This document shows positions 9,846-21,019 of a stretch of DNA of 30,995 bases, in pieces; within the stretch, counting starts at the first letter, position 1; each line of letters starts with the position of its first letter. Below the pieces are notes generated by a model, which ran no database searches, was not told the DNA's origin, and saw only the letters and a program-made list of their open reading frames with translations. Both the position numbers and the translations under genes were made by a program. Source of the DNA: Macrostomum lignano. Its lineage: Eukaryota. The DNA lies in the NCBI GenBank assembly GCA_002269645.1, contig NIVC01004932.1, forward strand, positions 1 to 30,995, given 5' to 3'.

Positions 9846-12694
9846 TTTCATTTTTTTCATTTGGTAAGTTGGGGCTATCAAGGGGCCCTGCGCATCAGCC
9901 CTGGGGAGGGCTCTTACGCAACTAATTTGTTTTAGTTTCCAGTTTGAGCGATACATTTAGTATTTTGTTGGAGAAATAAAACAAATATTTTCTAATAAAT
10001 AATACAATAATGCCATTTAAAAACTTAAAACAAATAATAGAGTACAATTAATCAATATAGAGTCAATTTAAAGCAAATGGTTGAAGTATTGAGTAAAACA
10101 AATAAATATAAATAAATATGATTGATAAAACTAAAACAAATATTGGGGTGTAAATATGTACAATGAATCACAAAGCAGTAATGTTTTGAGTGTTTTGGTT
10201 TAAAAATGGAGGCCAGCTTCTTCACTACTATTGAGAGTAGCTAGACACGGCTATGATATAGGAACCTGCCTATGTTAGTTAACCTTACGAAAACGAAGGA
10301 TTCCCTGGGAGGACTTGGAGAATACCGTAAGTAGAGAGGTCCCTACCCACAGGTGAGGGTTTTGCAAATTTTGTTAATCGGCAAACCGGACGCAACAGCA
10401 TCCCAACAAAGCAAGCCCAACTGGTAAGTTCAGCATTCAGATATCCTTTCTTAGTGATAATTATAAGTAGTGGACCTGGCCCCACAATAAACAGCATTTT
10501 GGGTGAATAATGTAAAACATGTTAGAGAAGTATAAAAGATAATACTGTGAGAGGGTGTAAACGTTAAAACAGAGTGTGATTGGTACTGTACTTTGAATGT
10601 CAAGTAATTAGCACAGCATTACATAGAATCGTAAGTATTCCCGACCCCGGACAGAGGCGCTCGAGTTATAAATTGAATCACATTTGCGTAATCTGTCTGA
10701 GTTTAGTAGTAAAGGGGACCCTGAACCCAGGTCTGGCCTATTCTTTGGTGTCATTTTTGAACCCATGGATTTCACTCTCCAGGGCTTTTTTGTACCATTT
10801 TTTAGCAAGATTGAGGAGTCGATCCTTAACCATAGGCATCTTGGTGACCTGGTGTAAGTATGTGATTTTAGTATAAGGCGGAGCATCTATAGAGAGGCGA
10901 AGAGCCTTATTTTGCAGAATTTGTAACTTGTTGACAAGGGATGCCAGTAGATTGATGAGCACTGGAGCGCCGTAAGTCATTGTGCTCTCAATGTAAGATC
11001 TATAGATGAGGCGAAGAGCCAGTTGCGAAATCCTGGAGTTCTTAGCCATCCTAGCTAGCGCAGCCATTTTGGCAGTCGAAGACCAAGCTACCTTGTCGAT
11101 ATGGGCCCTAAAGTTAAGCTGTTTGTCAAGAACCATCCCTAGGAAGGTGACGGAATCATAGTACTTGATTTTGTCTTGTCCAAGTTTAATTGGAGGATCG
11201 TCTGGACCTGTTTTGTTCCCATTAGCTTTGAAAAAGGAAATGGCTTTACTTTTGGAGGGATTGATGACTATGCCCAAATTGTCAAGCCACTTTTTGAGGA
11301 CAATGAAGTATGAGTTAAGCCTTTTAGCGGACATAGTGGATTTTCTGGCAGAGGCCCATACTGCTAAGTCGTCAGCGAACTGACTAAAGCGGACCTTGCT
11401 GTCAGTGGGCTTGGGTATAGAGCTAGCGAAGATGATAAAGAGCAGGGGCGAGAGCACCCCACCCTGCGGGACACCCGCCGTTGGCTGAAAGACCTCGCCC
11501 CGGGCTCCTCCAACTATAATTCGTGTCATGTTGTGCGGGATTTTACTTTTCCAGATTTTATATTTAAGGTAGTCCAGCCAGACTCCATCGAAGGCTCCTT
11601 TGACATCAAAGAAGACCCCCAACGTGTACTGCCTCAACTGAAGCATTTTCAGCACATCGTCGGTGAGTCTTACTATATTGTCATATGTGCAGTGATCGAA
11701 TCTGTAGGCACATTGTTCCTCATTAATAATTCCTAGGTTTTCTAAGATAATTCTAAGGTTTTTAGCTAGAATCTTCTCGTAAAGTTTACCAACACAGGAG
11801 GTTAGGCTGATGGGTCTATAGCTTTCCACGAGATTTTTGGATTTGTTTGGTTTAGGGATCATCTTGATGATGGCCTTTTTCCATTGTTTAGGGAAGTATC
11901 CTATGAGAAAACTAGAGTTGTAAATTTTTGCGAGCACTCTGATGGAGTCCGGGCTGAGACCATATTTCAAAACCATGTTAGGAATTCTATCCGGACCGGG
12001 AGCTCCTCCTGACCTAAGTTTTCTGCTCTCCCAGAGCACGTCCTGGTCAGTAATGTTTAGGATATCGCTTTCGATATCTTCTTTATCTGGATCAATCGGG
12101 TTCGCGTGCTCTTTATGGTATGAAAGTGCCGCGATTATATTTTTATGGGGTTTGAAGATCTCATGATCTTTGTACTTGCTGACTTTTTCGTAGATAAGCG
12201 AGTCTTGGTTGGGGTGAGATTGCATTTGATCTTTTAGAAAGTCGCTGAAGAGTGAAGCTTTTTCTGCCTCAGTCTCGGCATGCGAATCCTTGTAGACTAG
12301 AAGGGGATAGTTGATCATTTTGGACCTTTCTCCTGTCATCTTTTTGATGTCAATCCAAAATTTTTTGGGTTTTTTTTGTAACTAGTTTTAGCAATTTTGT
12401 GGCATAGATCTTCGAATTTCCTATATCTATGCATACGTATGGCATTTCGTATTTCTTTAGCTGCTTGATTGGCTTGAACTCTGAAGTCGTCTATTCTAGT
12501 TTTTTGAATAATTTTCTAATTTTCCTCCTATGCTTAATTTTGTTAATAATATCTGGGGGAAGCTGCTCCCTAGGGTCCCGGTTGGGTACAACATCCTCAA
12601 TGGTGTCATGAATGCACTGATTTAGCAGATCAACCGCTTTATCTAGGTCCTCAGGTGTGGAGAATCTACAACTGAGAAGCTGTTGGTTGCTAAG
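9846..12694 (-). mobile_element. Non-LTR retrotransposon (Jockey/I group), 3' half: ORF2 RT region, ~0.85-kb 3' UTR and A-rich tail
   Basis: RT ORF present; the minus-strand tail aatgaaaaaaaatgaaa (~9846-9862) is preceded by a GC-rich, potentially folded segment (9871-9920); the left end of the Gypsy LTR cuts it at 12694. Confidence 0.85.
10738..12694 (-). pseudogene. LINE ORF2: RT domain open over 10738-12339, with a frameshifted upstream linker; APE endonuclease absent
   Basis: Motifs GAPGPDRIPN, WKKAIIKMIPKP, SYRPISLTS, FFDVKGAFD, GVPQGGVLSPLLF and QFADD. Upstream frames give STPEDLDKAVDLLNQCI and KNFWIDIKKMTG. About 10 aa appear deleted before VGGARGEVF. No RNase H. Confidence 0.93.
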
Positions 12695-12997
12695 TGTTGT
12701 GTCGTGACTAGGAGCCCGTAAAAGGGCCGTTCGTCTAACTAACCTTTTCTTACTTTTTCTTACTACTCTACTTTAAGTAGTGCAGTTAATAAATTATTCG
12801 TATATTGTATTGTGAAACGTATTTTTAATCACGTGACATTTTGGCGGTTAAATTTATCGATCGTGTAACAATTTACTGTTAAATATCAAATATAAGCGCG
12901 GGTTGCCCTAAGTGGAGCTCATACCTTTTTCCCGGCAAAAAAAGTCTTACCTGCCACGTACTCGTGTTTTCCTGTGTTAGTCTGTTGAGACACCACA
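12695..12997 (+). mobile_element. 5' LTR of a Ty3/Gypsy (Mag-like) element
   Basis: Begins TGTTGTG exactly where LINE coding similarity stops, ends CACCACA (6/7 inverted match), contains AATAAA (~12788) and is followed directly by a PBS. Confidence 0.7.
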
Positions 12998-12998
12998 T

Positions 12999-13012
12999 TG
13001 GCGACGAGGATG
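12999..13012 (+). promoter_or_regulatory. Primer-binding site complementary to the 3' end of tRNA-Ser(GCU)
   Basis: TGGCGACGAGGATG is the reverse complement of CATCCTCGTCG-CCA, the animal tRNA-Ser(GCT) 3' end as I recall it; it lies 1 nt after the LTR. Confidence 0.8.
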
Positions 13013-14760
13013 AGCGGACCCAGCCTTCCAGCACCAGCGCCTTTTCTTCCCGTGAGCGGCCAACCGGCAGTCCCGTGGCCAAGATGGCTGGACGCGTTCG
13101 AATTCTTCTACACGGCATCCCAGTTTCGGGAGCCGGAGGGGCAATCCGAGGCGGAACCCACAAAGAGGAATCTGCTGCTCCACCTGCTCGGATTCGAAGG
13201 CCAGCGCATTGCCAAGGCGAGAAAAGCACTCACGGAGGGAGATTCCTTCAAGGAGGCGAAGGCAAAGCTGGACGGGCGGGATCTTCGGAGAGAAGCCCAA
13301 CGTGATGGTGGCTCGCTTCCGATTCCGCCAACGACACCAGCTGCCCGGCGAAGACGCAGAGTCCTTCGTGGCCGCGCTCAGGGAGCTGGCCGAGCCCTGC
13401 GAGTACGGAAATCTCCGAGACCAGCTCATCAGAGACCAACTGGCAGAGAAGACTGGCAGCGCTCGCATCCGAGAGCGACTGCTGACGGAAGACGCGGCTA
13501 CTCTCACGCTGGAGAGGGCCCTCGCCATCGCCGTCACCATCGAGAAGGCGTCAAAGGGCTGTCAGGCTCTGATGGAGACGGAGCCCGTGCACGCGGTCCG
13601 GCAGGCGCAGAAGCCAAAGGCGAAGTGGAGCGGCGCGGCGGAGCCAGCTAAGAAAGGCCAGCAAAGTCGACCCGCCGCCAAGGCCTGCTCTCGCTGCGGA
13701 CGCAGTCACGGCGACGGCAACTGCCCAGCGAAGGGGCAGTCCTGCAACAGCTGCGGCAAAATGAACCATTTCAGCCGTTGCTGCCGGAGCAAGGCGCTCC
13801 AAGTGACCGGCCAGGCTCAGGACGGCCCGGACGAGGCGGTCACTATATACGCCGTGCAGGGAGACGGTGAGATCCGTGCGCAGCTGCGGTTCGGACAAGC
13901 AGAGGTGCCGGTCAATACTCTGATCGACTGCGGCGCCAAGGTGTCACTGTTGAACGCCGACACGGCCGCGCTCCTGACCGAGGTGCTACCTCAGCCGACA
14001 ACGATGAAGCTGCGCGCATACGGCGGCAAGCTGATCGATCTCGTGGGCCAAGCGGTGGTCCCCGTTAAGCACAACAACCGGTCGCTGCAACACCTATTCT
14101 ACATCGCGAAGCACGGCGACAACATCGCAGGCCGAGACCTCATGGATAAGCTCGGTTTCCATGTGAGCCTCTCCGAGGACGTCAGCGAGGTGAACAGCGT
14201 CGTGGAGCAGCTGGAGAGGCAGTTTCCAGCGGCCCTTAGCGAGCAGATCGGCTGCTGCAGCGGAGCCGTGCACAAGCCCGTCATCGAGCAGCAGCTGGTG
14301 GAGGCCGAGCTCGACAAACTGGAAGTGGCTGGCAGCATTCGAGCGGCCAAGGAGGACTGCACGCCGCTGTCCGACGCCATCACCCAGTTCCTGGAGGTCT
14401 ACCGGAGCACGCCGCACAGCCTGACGGGCAGGAGCCCCGCCGAGCTCATGCTAGGGCGATCGATGCGGACGATGCTGACTGCCCTGGCGCCGCCCAAAGA
14501 CATCAATGAGACGGACGAAGGATGGCGACTGCGCGAGACCATCTACGACCGGCAACAGCGGACCAAGCGCTACACGGACCTACGCCGCCGGGCGCGAGTC
14601 AGCGACCTCCGACCAGGCGATTGGGTCCGAGTGCGGCGGCCCATCAAGAAGGGCAAGCTGGCCACGAGACTGTCCGGCCCGCTACAGATCATGACCAAGG
14701 CCGGCGCCGCGTACCGGCTGAGCGACGGCACGACCTGGAATCAACAGGCGTTGGTCCCCA
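13010..14760 (+). pseudogene. Gypsy/Mag gag-protease with a pol remnant; RT, RNase H and the integrase core are deleted
   Basis: MSGPSLPAPAPF..WPRWLDAFEFF..LLHLLG; frameshift at ~13270-13285; ARFRFRQRHQLPGE..IRDQL; two knuckles (CSRCGRSHGDGNC, CNSCGKMNHFSRCC); protease LIDCGA..IAGRDLM; RT start EAELDKLEVAGSI joined to the integrase C-terminus FLEVYRSTPHSLTGRSPAELMLGR..YRLSDGTTWN. Confidence 0.9.
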
Positions 14761-14764
14761 CAAG

Positions 14765-16528
14765 CGCTAGGGCCGTACCAGAGGAACAGCTGGTACAAAA
14801 TATTGCGTACCAGGCCGGAGCACAACTGGTGCAGGAAACACGGTGGACAGCCGCGGACAAAGTCAAACCCGTGCAGTCGAGACAGCGGTGACAGGCCACG
14901 GACACCGAGGACGTCAGTCCGAATGTCGCCACCCTGCTGTGCGTGCTGCTCAGCGAGAGTGTGAGTGTCGCTGGTCGACCGCACTACAGTCTGAACGCAT
15001 CCTAGACGTCTGGCCTGATTAAGCATCGCGTCAGTAACCCCGACGCCGTAGACTCGTCCATGGCCTGATGGATGCAATGATGTCCGGATGTAGCACTTCT
15101 CGCATCCGTAGATAGCCGAGAAACGCTTCATGCACAGAGCGTCCGCTCTCGCTGGAGCGTCGAACAGCGCCATTAGCGGATGCAGATGCAATCGACGCTG
15201 AACCCCGAGGCTGTCGATATACTGTACACCATCGAAGCGCAGAGTATTCAGTGCATTTACGACGATTGGCAGAAAGGCGGCGGCATGGACCTTTTTCTTG
15301 CCGGCCCACACGCCACACTTCATCACGAATCGGAGCTTCAGCCGCTCGTGCACTTCGTTAATACTCAGATAGACGGGGCACACCTCGACATTGCTAGTGC
15401 AGAAAAGAGGAAATCCGTCTGCACAGATGGTGTATGTAAGGTCGCTCCGAGTCTCGGGTTCGATGTTCTCGAGAAACGACTTGTACAGTTCGCTGTTGGC
15501 AAAGTGCAGCTTCTCTTCGTCCAGTGCAAGCCGTTCAATCGGAAATGTTACGCTCTGTAGAAGACCGCGAGATTCAACGAATGTTCGGATCTGCGCAGGT
15601 ATGTCGAATAACCAGAAGTTGGCCACATTTTCCGACGTACAGTGCGCACAATTAGAGTTTCCTGGATCGCAGCGCTGCTCGGAATGTAGATAACAGTCGT
15701 TGCAGACAGTGTAACATGTTGACGACCCCGAGATTGTTCCCCTCTTCTTCAAAGTTTCACGCAATGTTCGTCCGTGCTGAGGAAGGCGGTTGTCGGGTAC
15801 TAGCCTGTGCAGTAGTGAAAGCAGCCTTGTCGTCCCGCTAACTGTCAGGTTCAGTTCCCTCGCGCAGGAGCTGACCTCCCAAATCGCCTCTCCGAGCGAA
15901 ACGGGCAGAGCGTCGTGCCAATTGACTCCTGGAAACCCCGGGACGTCCTCGTCGTTGTCGGAGTCTGTGCTCTGGCCGTCAACAGACTGCGAACCTGGGA
16001 GGAATATATTGTGTGTGGTGAGCGTAGTGCGCATGTGTTCGGTGGACAGTGTGAGTGCAACGTGCAGGTAACACAAAAGTATCAAACATGAGCCATTGGG
16101 ATGGATCCACAATCCACGATAAGCCAACTCTCTGACTGGGACTCACCACTAGAGGAAGAATCCCCGTCCGAAGTGCTGTCAGAGCTCGACACCGGGTCCC
16201 CATTGCGGCCATCGGCCTGTGCGCCACCGTCGTCGGACTCTGGATTGTCTATAGGCAGGTATACAGACTGCTCATCTCGAGATCGAGATACTGTAGATGT
16301 AGAGGCGGATCCGCTTGCAGCTGCGACGACTGCAGCAGTCCCACTGGTGCCTGCGCCGCCGGACTGGACTTCGCCGGAGTCGACATCTGCAGAAGTTCCT
16401 GCGGTTGGACGCAGAGGTGATCGCGAACCTTCTTGTCGACTATTTGAATTGGCCAACGCACGCTGCCGCATGTACTCTCGCATGTACTGCCTCCGCTGTA
16501 ACCGCGGCGGTAAATCTGAATTGTCCAT
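14765..16528 (-). CDS. CACTA/EnSpm transposase, two exons (16528-16147 and 15994-~14765), 3'-truncated
   Basis: Donor GTGAGT at 16146 and acceptor CAG at 15995 join in frame (SSS-G-SQSVDG). Motifs: CNDC..CAHC, TICADGFPLF..VYLSINE, ALFDAPARA..YGCEKC, LSPLSRLHGFDFVRG..LHQLCSGLVRNIL. Confidence 0.88.
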
Positions 16529-16999
16529 GCAGTTTGCGAGTCGTGCAGTACTGAAAGAGATTGGGTTGGTTTATGATGTCTAGATGCGCATATTCACTGT
16601 AGCACTATCTGCTGTGTGACCTATTCATCTATCCACGTATAGAATGGACGACATGTTTCTGAATTTCTGCATTTCAGTAACAACTCGGACGAGACCAATT
16701 TTGTCCAACAATACCCGCTGTTTCCAAGACCTCTATGATCCCTATCTAACATAGTGTACTATCTAATGTGTTGCACACATGCAAAAGATGCGAAGGCATC
16801 GAACAACATCGAAGTCTCCCATCAAAATCAGAACGTGGGAAATGTCATACGGAGAAGTATATTTTTCTGTAGAACTTGGAGCATAAGAAATAGAACACGT
16901 TGTGCTGCTGTTTCTGGAACATGTGTTACAAACTGTGGGCATACAAGTAGGAGAAAGGTGCCATTTTCCACTATTCAATTCCACGTGCTCCACTATCAC

Positions 17000-17345
17000 C
17001 CGGAAACATATCCGCTCTTCGTCCGGTTGTTAGGCGGGCGACAGCCCGGATTAAAATGCGGATGACTTTTCGGACGACAGTGACAATTCATCCGGCTAGT
17101 CATCCGTAAAGTCATCCGACGCTTCATCCGGTTTTTGTCCGGGTAAACAAGCGGATATAATTCCGGACTAAAATGGACCAATTAAGTAAAAAAATCACCA
17201 CTTTGTCCGGCTCTGATCCGGAAACTGGCCCGCTACTTTGTCCGGCAGCTTAAACCGGATGAATACCGGACGAAAAGCTGCATTTGTCCGGAATCGACCA
17301 CCAAACGCGGACCAATGCGGACGACGGCCGGACGACAACCGGATC
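17000..17345. repeat. Subterminal array of short tccgg/ccgga repeats in both orientations
   Basis: More than 15 CCGG/CGGA-cored words abut the GGG terminus at 17358-17360. Confidence 0.75.
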
Positions 17346-17360
17346 GGCTATCCAGGCGGG

Positions 17361-19553
17361 TAATGGCAATTTCGTTCGCTTCTTTTACTTTACTACATCT
17401 ATATGAGTAAGCTGGGTGTTCTTCGCCGCAGTTTGCGCATTTAAATTTGCTTTCTTTCGGGCAGTCTGCAGAATAGTGATCTCCCGCACATTTGTTACAC
17501 CTGTAGGTTGCTGTGCATCTGTTTTCATGATGCCCTAATCTCTGACATTTTTTACATTGGATTGCTTTTACCGGAGCTAAATTAATAGACTCTTCGCATT
17601 TAAATTTGCTGTAACCAAGGTAGACTCCATGCTGGATGCATCTTTCCATCGTGCCCTTGCTCTTAGTGAAGAGGCGGATGTGCGGAGTAGGTGCACCAGT
17701 TGCCCTAGAGACAATGCGCACAGCGCCGTCAATTGGTAGTTGCTGCTCTGAGTCTGCCAAGTGTTTGGCTAGCATGTGTGCGTCTACGGTGATTGGCACA
17801 TGTTTTACGATAAACGAGTACGTTGTTGGTGATTTTAGTGGAGCACGCGCCTGATCATCTCCTTGTCTTATTGGCCTTTTGGCTGCTGTGCGTCGCGTGA
17901 CTTCGTGGTTATTAATTTTATTTATTTTGAGAATAGCTGTTAATAGTGTGTTGAAGTCCTTAGGGTGATCTGGAATCACGATGTAGCCGGAGCTATGGTA
18001 TAGGTCCTTAACCGACCTGATGCGAACGTCTGGGAAATTTGTTTTCAGAAACCATTCGAATTTGATGGGATCTTTGCCTTCTTGGTCGATTTCAAAGATG
18101 ACAGGTGCTGAGTTAGTAGATTTTTGAGTATTATTAGTTTTAGGATGGTAGTTTAGAGTTGTAGAGTTTAGTTGGCTAGATTGGTTAGATTGGTGAATGT
18201 TAGGTTGCTGAGTAGCTGGCAGCTTGTAGTTGTTAGGTGGTTGAGTTTGGTCGCCTGATTGCTGAGTGTCTGAAAGTGTCTGCTGATTGTTTGCATGTGG
18301 TTGCAGAGTTGCTGAGTGCTTCGGCAGAGTGCTAGACTGAGTGGCTGACTGTAGTGTACCTGATGGCTGATTTGACAGAGTGTGCCTGCTGAGTGTTTGT
18401 TGAATGTTGCTGAGTGCCTGATTGAGTGTGTTGTTTGGTGCTAGACTGAGTGGCTGACTGCTGAGAGCCAGTGAGCTGGTTAGCTGTTTGAGATTGCTGA
18501 GTGCTTGATTTGTGCCCCGAAGTGCAGCTGTTCGAACGTGATCTGATCTTTTTCAGATTTTCGGCTTCTTGCTCTGCTCTGCGACGAACCGAATTTTCGT
18601 CGTCCAGATCGCAGGTGATATCGTTGTCAAGAGGCTGCACGCAAGGGTTTGCAAGAGCAGAAGCAGGAGCAGGATCAGGTGGGATTCTGCTATCATACGT
18701 TAGCCTGAATGTTAGATTTACTCTTGCCTCTTTGACTTTTAGGTCCTTAAGGACGGCGTGCTGGAAGTGTGCCTGTGTCGCACCCCCCATTACCAGCAGA
18801 GAACCACTGGCGAGTTTTTGGGACCAAGCGATGTTGGTGGAGCCTTTGGTTCGTAAGTGGAAGTCACGTGCGGCACCAATAGAGATAGAGGCTATGGTCG
18901 GATTAGCCCCTAGTTCGTCTTCATCGTCTGAGTGCCAAGGAATGTGCACGGACCCATCTTTGTAATAATTTACGAGGCATGAGTTGAAGACGGGTAGACC
19001 AAACTCAGCGCTCAGCCAAGTAGCAAGACTAGTAACCAACGGGTGCCAGTCGTCATTGGCCGGAATCTTAGTTCCCCCGTAGCTATATTCTGGCCTGAAC
19101 CATACAATTTTGCGGGCTTCAGGACGGCCTTTTGTGAGATGGTGAAAGGCTTTTGGCCTGGATTTCGTCGGTTAGTATTTTGAGTATTTGATTTTCCGAG
19201 CTCTTAAGAGCAACCGGGTAGTAGCAGATGTTGCTGTTGTTTGGCAATGTGACAGTTTTCTCATCAGTCTTGTCAGCTATTGGAATTCGTATTATAGTTG
19301 TTTTACCATGTTCTTTTCTAACCTCTAAACTGTCCCTTTTAGGGGGAGGCAAAGGCTCAGCCCGCTCACCTTTGGACGTGCCGGTTTGCGGAGGCGTCTC
19401 GGGCAGCGGCGCGTTTGATGGAGACAGCATGGTCTTAGGTTCGGATCTTCGGCTTGGACCAGCTGAGTCTCGGTGATTGGCTTTTTTTGAGTTCGCAATC
19501 GGAGGTGAGTCCGTGTCGCGGGCACTGCGTTTGCTGTTACACTCAACGTTCAT
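17361..19553 (-). CDS. LINE ORF1 with two frameshifts: N-terminal low-complexity region, AlkB/2OG-Fe(II) dioxygenase, Q/S/T-rich linker, gag-like domain with 3 CCHC knuckles
   Basis: Track ORFs 19119-19553, 18332-19039 and 17233-17979 join through shifts at ~19160 (in gccaaaagcc) and ~18390-18420. The third frame is open from ~18400 into VIPDHPKDFN. AlkB motifs: IVWF..YSYGG, FNSCLVNYY, WHSDDE, IASISIG, FQHAV, RVNLTFR. Knuckles: CKKCQRLGHHENRC, CNKCAGDHYSADC, CANCGEEHPAYSYRC. Confidence 0.85.
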
Positions 19554-19774
19554 TGACCTTAATAAAACAGTGGCCTATTTTACAAGAAAAAATCCTTAGA
19601 ATATAAAACTATTAATAATAAAACTTATAAAACTTAAAAAATACTACTGATAGTAGGTCAAAGTAGACTAAATACAAGATAAGTCCTTAAGCTATCCTGG
19701 CCTGTCGCTTTAGGAGCAGATTCGCGCGAGACCGGCCGGCCGATGAGGAAGCCGCTGAGCGAAGCCTCTGACTG
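19554..19774 (-). promoter_or_regulatory. Putative LINE 5' UTR with an internal Pol II promoter
   Basis: The minus strand reads CAGTCAG (Inr-like, as at I/Jockey 5' ends) from 19774, then a GC-rich leader and an AT-rich stretch before the ATG. Inference only. Confidence 0.35.
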
Positions 19775-21019
19775 TTTTTACCCTGGCTGTCTCTCTGGCA
19801 GCTTGTCTAAGGGTTGTGCGCAATCCGATTGGCCTAGCCAATTCTTAAGGGTCCGCCCCGGAGGGGCTGTGCCCATTACAAATACTAAACCCTATTCTTA
19901 TTTCTAACCATTTTTTTGGCCCTCGGCCTTGGTTTAGGGGGGGGGGGTGCCCGGAGTGAGTAGGTTCTCTGGACTGCAGTGTGGCTAGGACGAACCCGCC
20001 CTGCAGGAAAGAAAGACCTATTCACAAAGGTGTACGGTAGACCCAGTAGCATGCCAGCCCTGAGGCTGAGCACCCGGGCTGCAGGCCGGCAAGCTGCCTG
20101 CTTTAGGGCTATGGTGCTCCTCCCCACTGCCATTCTTTTTTTCTGGGCTGGCATCCCAGCGCGGTTTTATCCCCTGCTTTTATCTAGTTTTAGCTTAATT
20201 AGGCCTTGAGCCAAATCCAATTTCTCTGGAGTTATGAGCTCTGCCCTCGCCCGGTCCATCTTGCCCTGTCCTCGGGTCCATCTCCTGGCTCCTGCTGTAA
20301 GGTCCCTGCTTGCGTGTCTCTGGCTCTCATCCTGACAGTGGATTGGTGTCCTGGGAAGGATGTTCGTCCCGTACCGGGGACAACCGGCTGAGTCCGGAGT
20401 CCTCTTGCCCTGGGTGCCTCTTCTCCCGACCCCTTGGCCTGGCCCCCAATAATGAGCTGGATAGGCGATGCCCTTGGGTTGGCAGCAATAGAGGTGAACG
20501 GTCTTCCCGCCTGGAGTCTCCCCCTCGGATACAAGCCTTCCAGACTCACTCCAAAATAGAGCTGGGTAGTGAAAAGCCTTGAGGCTCGAGACCTACAGTT
20601 GACGGGTGCTGTATAGGATCGCTCTTGGTAAATTAGCTGCCCAGACTCGCTCCAATAGTTTAAGCCATTTCCAAGGTTTAGGAGTAGTTCCTCACTTGGA
20701 CCGCTTTCAGTAGTATCCCAAACTTTTCGTTTTCAAATTTCTCTGCGCACACCCAAAAGACTTGCTGGCTGGGGGATGGTCTGGGTGGATTCGGTCCTAG
20801 CACCGTCCCTGATTCCACTGTTGGTTTGGCGGTGTCTTGTACCATAGGCTTGAAGTCCCTCGCCCTTTCCCTAGCTTTAAGCTGGGGCCCAACTAAATTG
20901 GTGTTTCGGGTATCTCGGGTACACAGTCTTATCTGTGCCCTTGGCAGTGCCCTCTGCGGCAGAGCCCCTCCCAGGGCTGATCCGCGGGTAGCAAAGCTTC
21001 CCACCCCCGTTTAACAACA

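Larger units (their letters stand above)
14765..17360 (-). mobile_element. CACTA/EnSpm (CMC superfamily) DNA transposon, 5' part
   Basis: Spliced transposase gene, a (t/a)ccgga-rich subterminal array at ~17000-17345, and a minus-strand terminus CCCGCCTGGATAGCC at 17360, where LINE ORF1 similarity stops. Confidence 0.8.

Noticed and set aside
14760-14891. C-terminal tail of the 560-aa Gypsy ORF
   Set aside because: It is antisense read-through into the CACTA transposase; likewise the last ~27 aa of the 481-aa ORF are antisense Gypsy sequence.
16101-16583. 160-aa plus-strand Ser/Asp-rich ORF
   Set aside because: Antisense shadow of CACTA exon 1, which has in-frame splice support.
17233-17360. 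C-terminus of the 248-aa gag ORF (RLDSRSGCRP..)
   Set aside because: Read-through into the CACTA terminal repeats, not ORF1.
19735-19770. Hammerhead- or HDV-like ribozyme (ccgatgag..cgaagc; minus strand ggcttcctcatcggc)
   Set aside because: The core deviates from CUGANGA and GAAA, stem II cannot form, and there is no P1 partner for an HDV fold.
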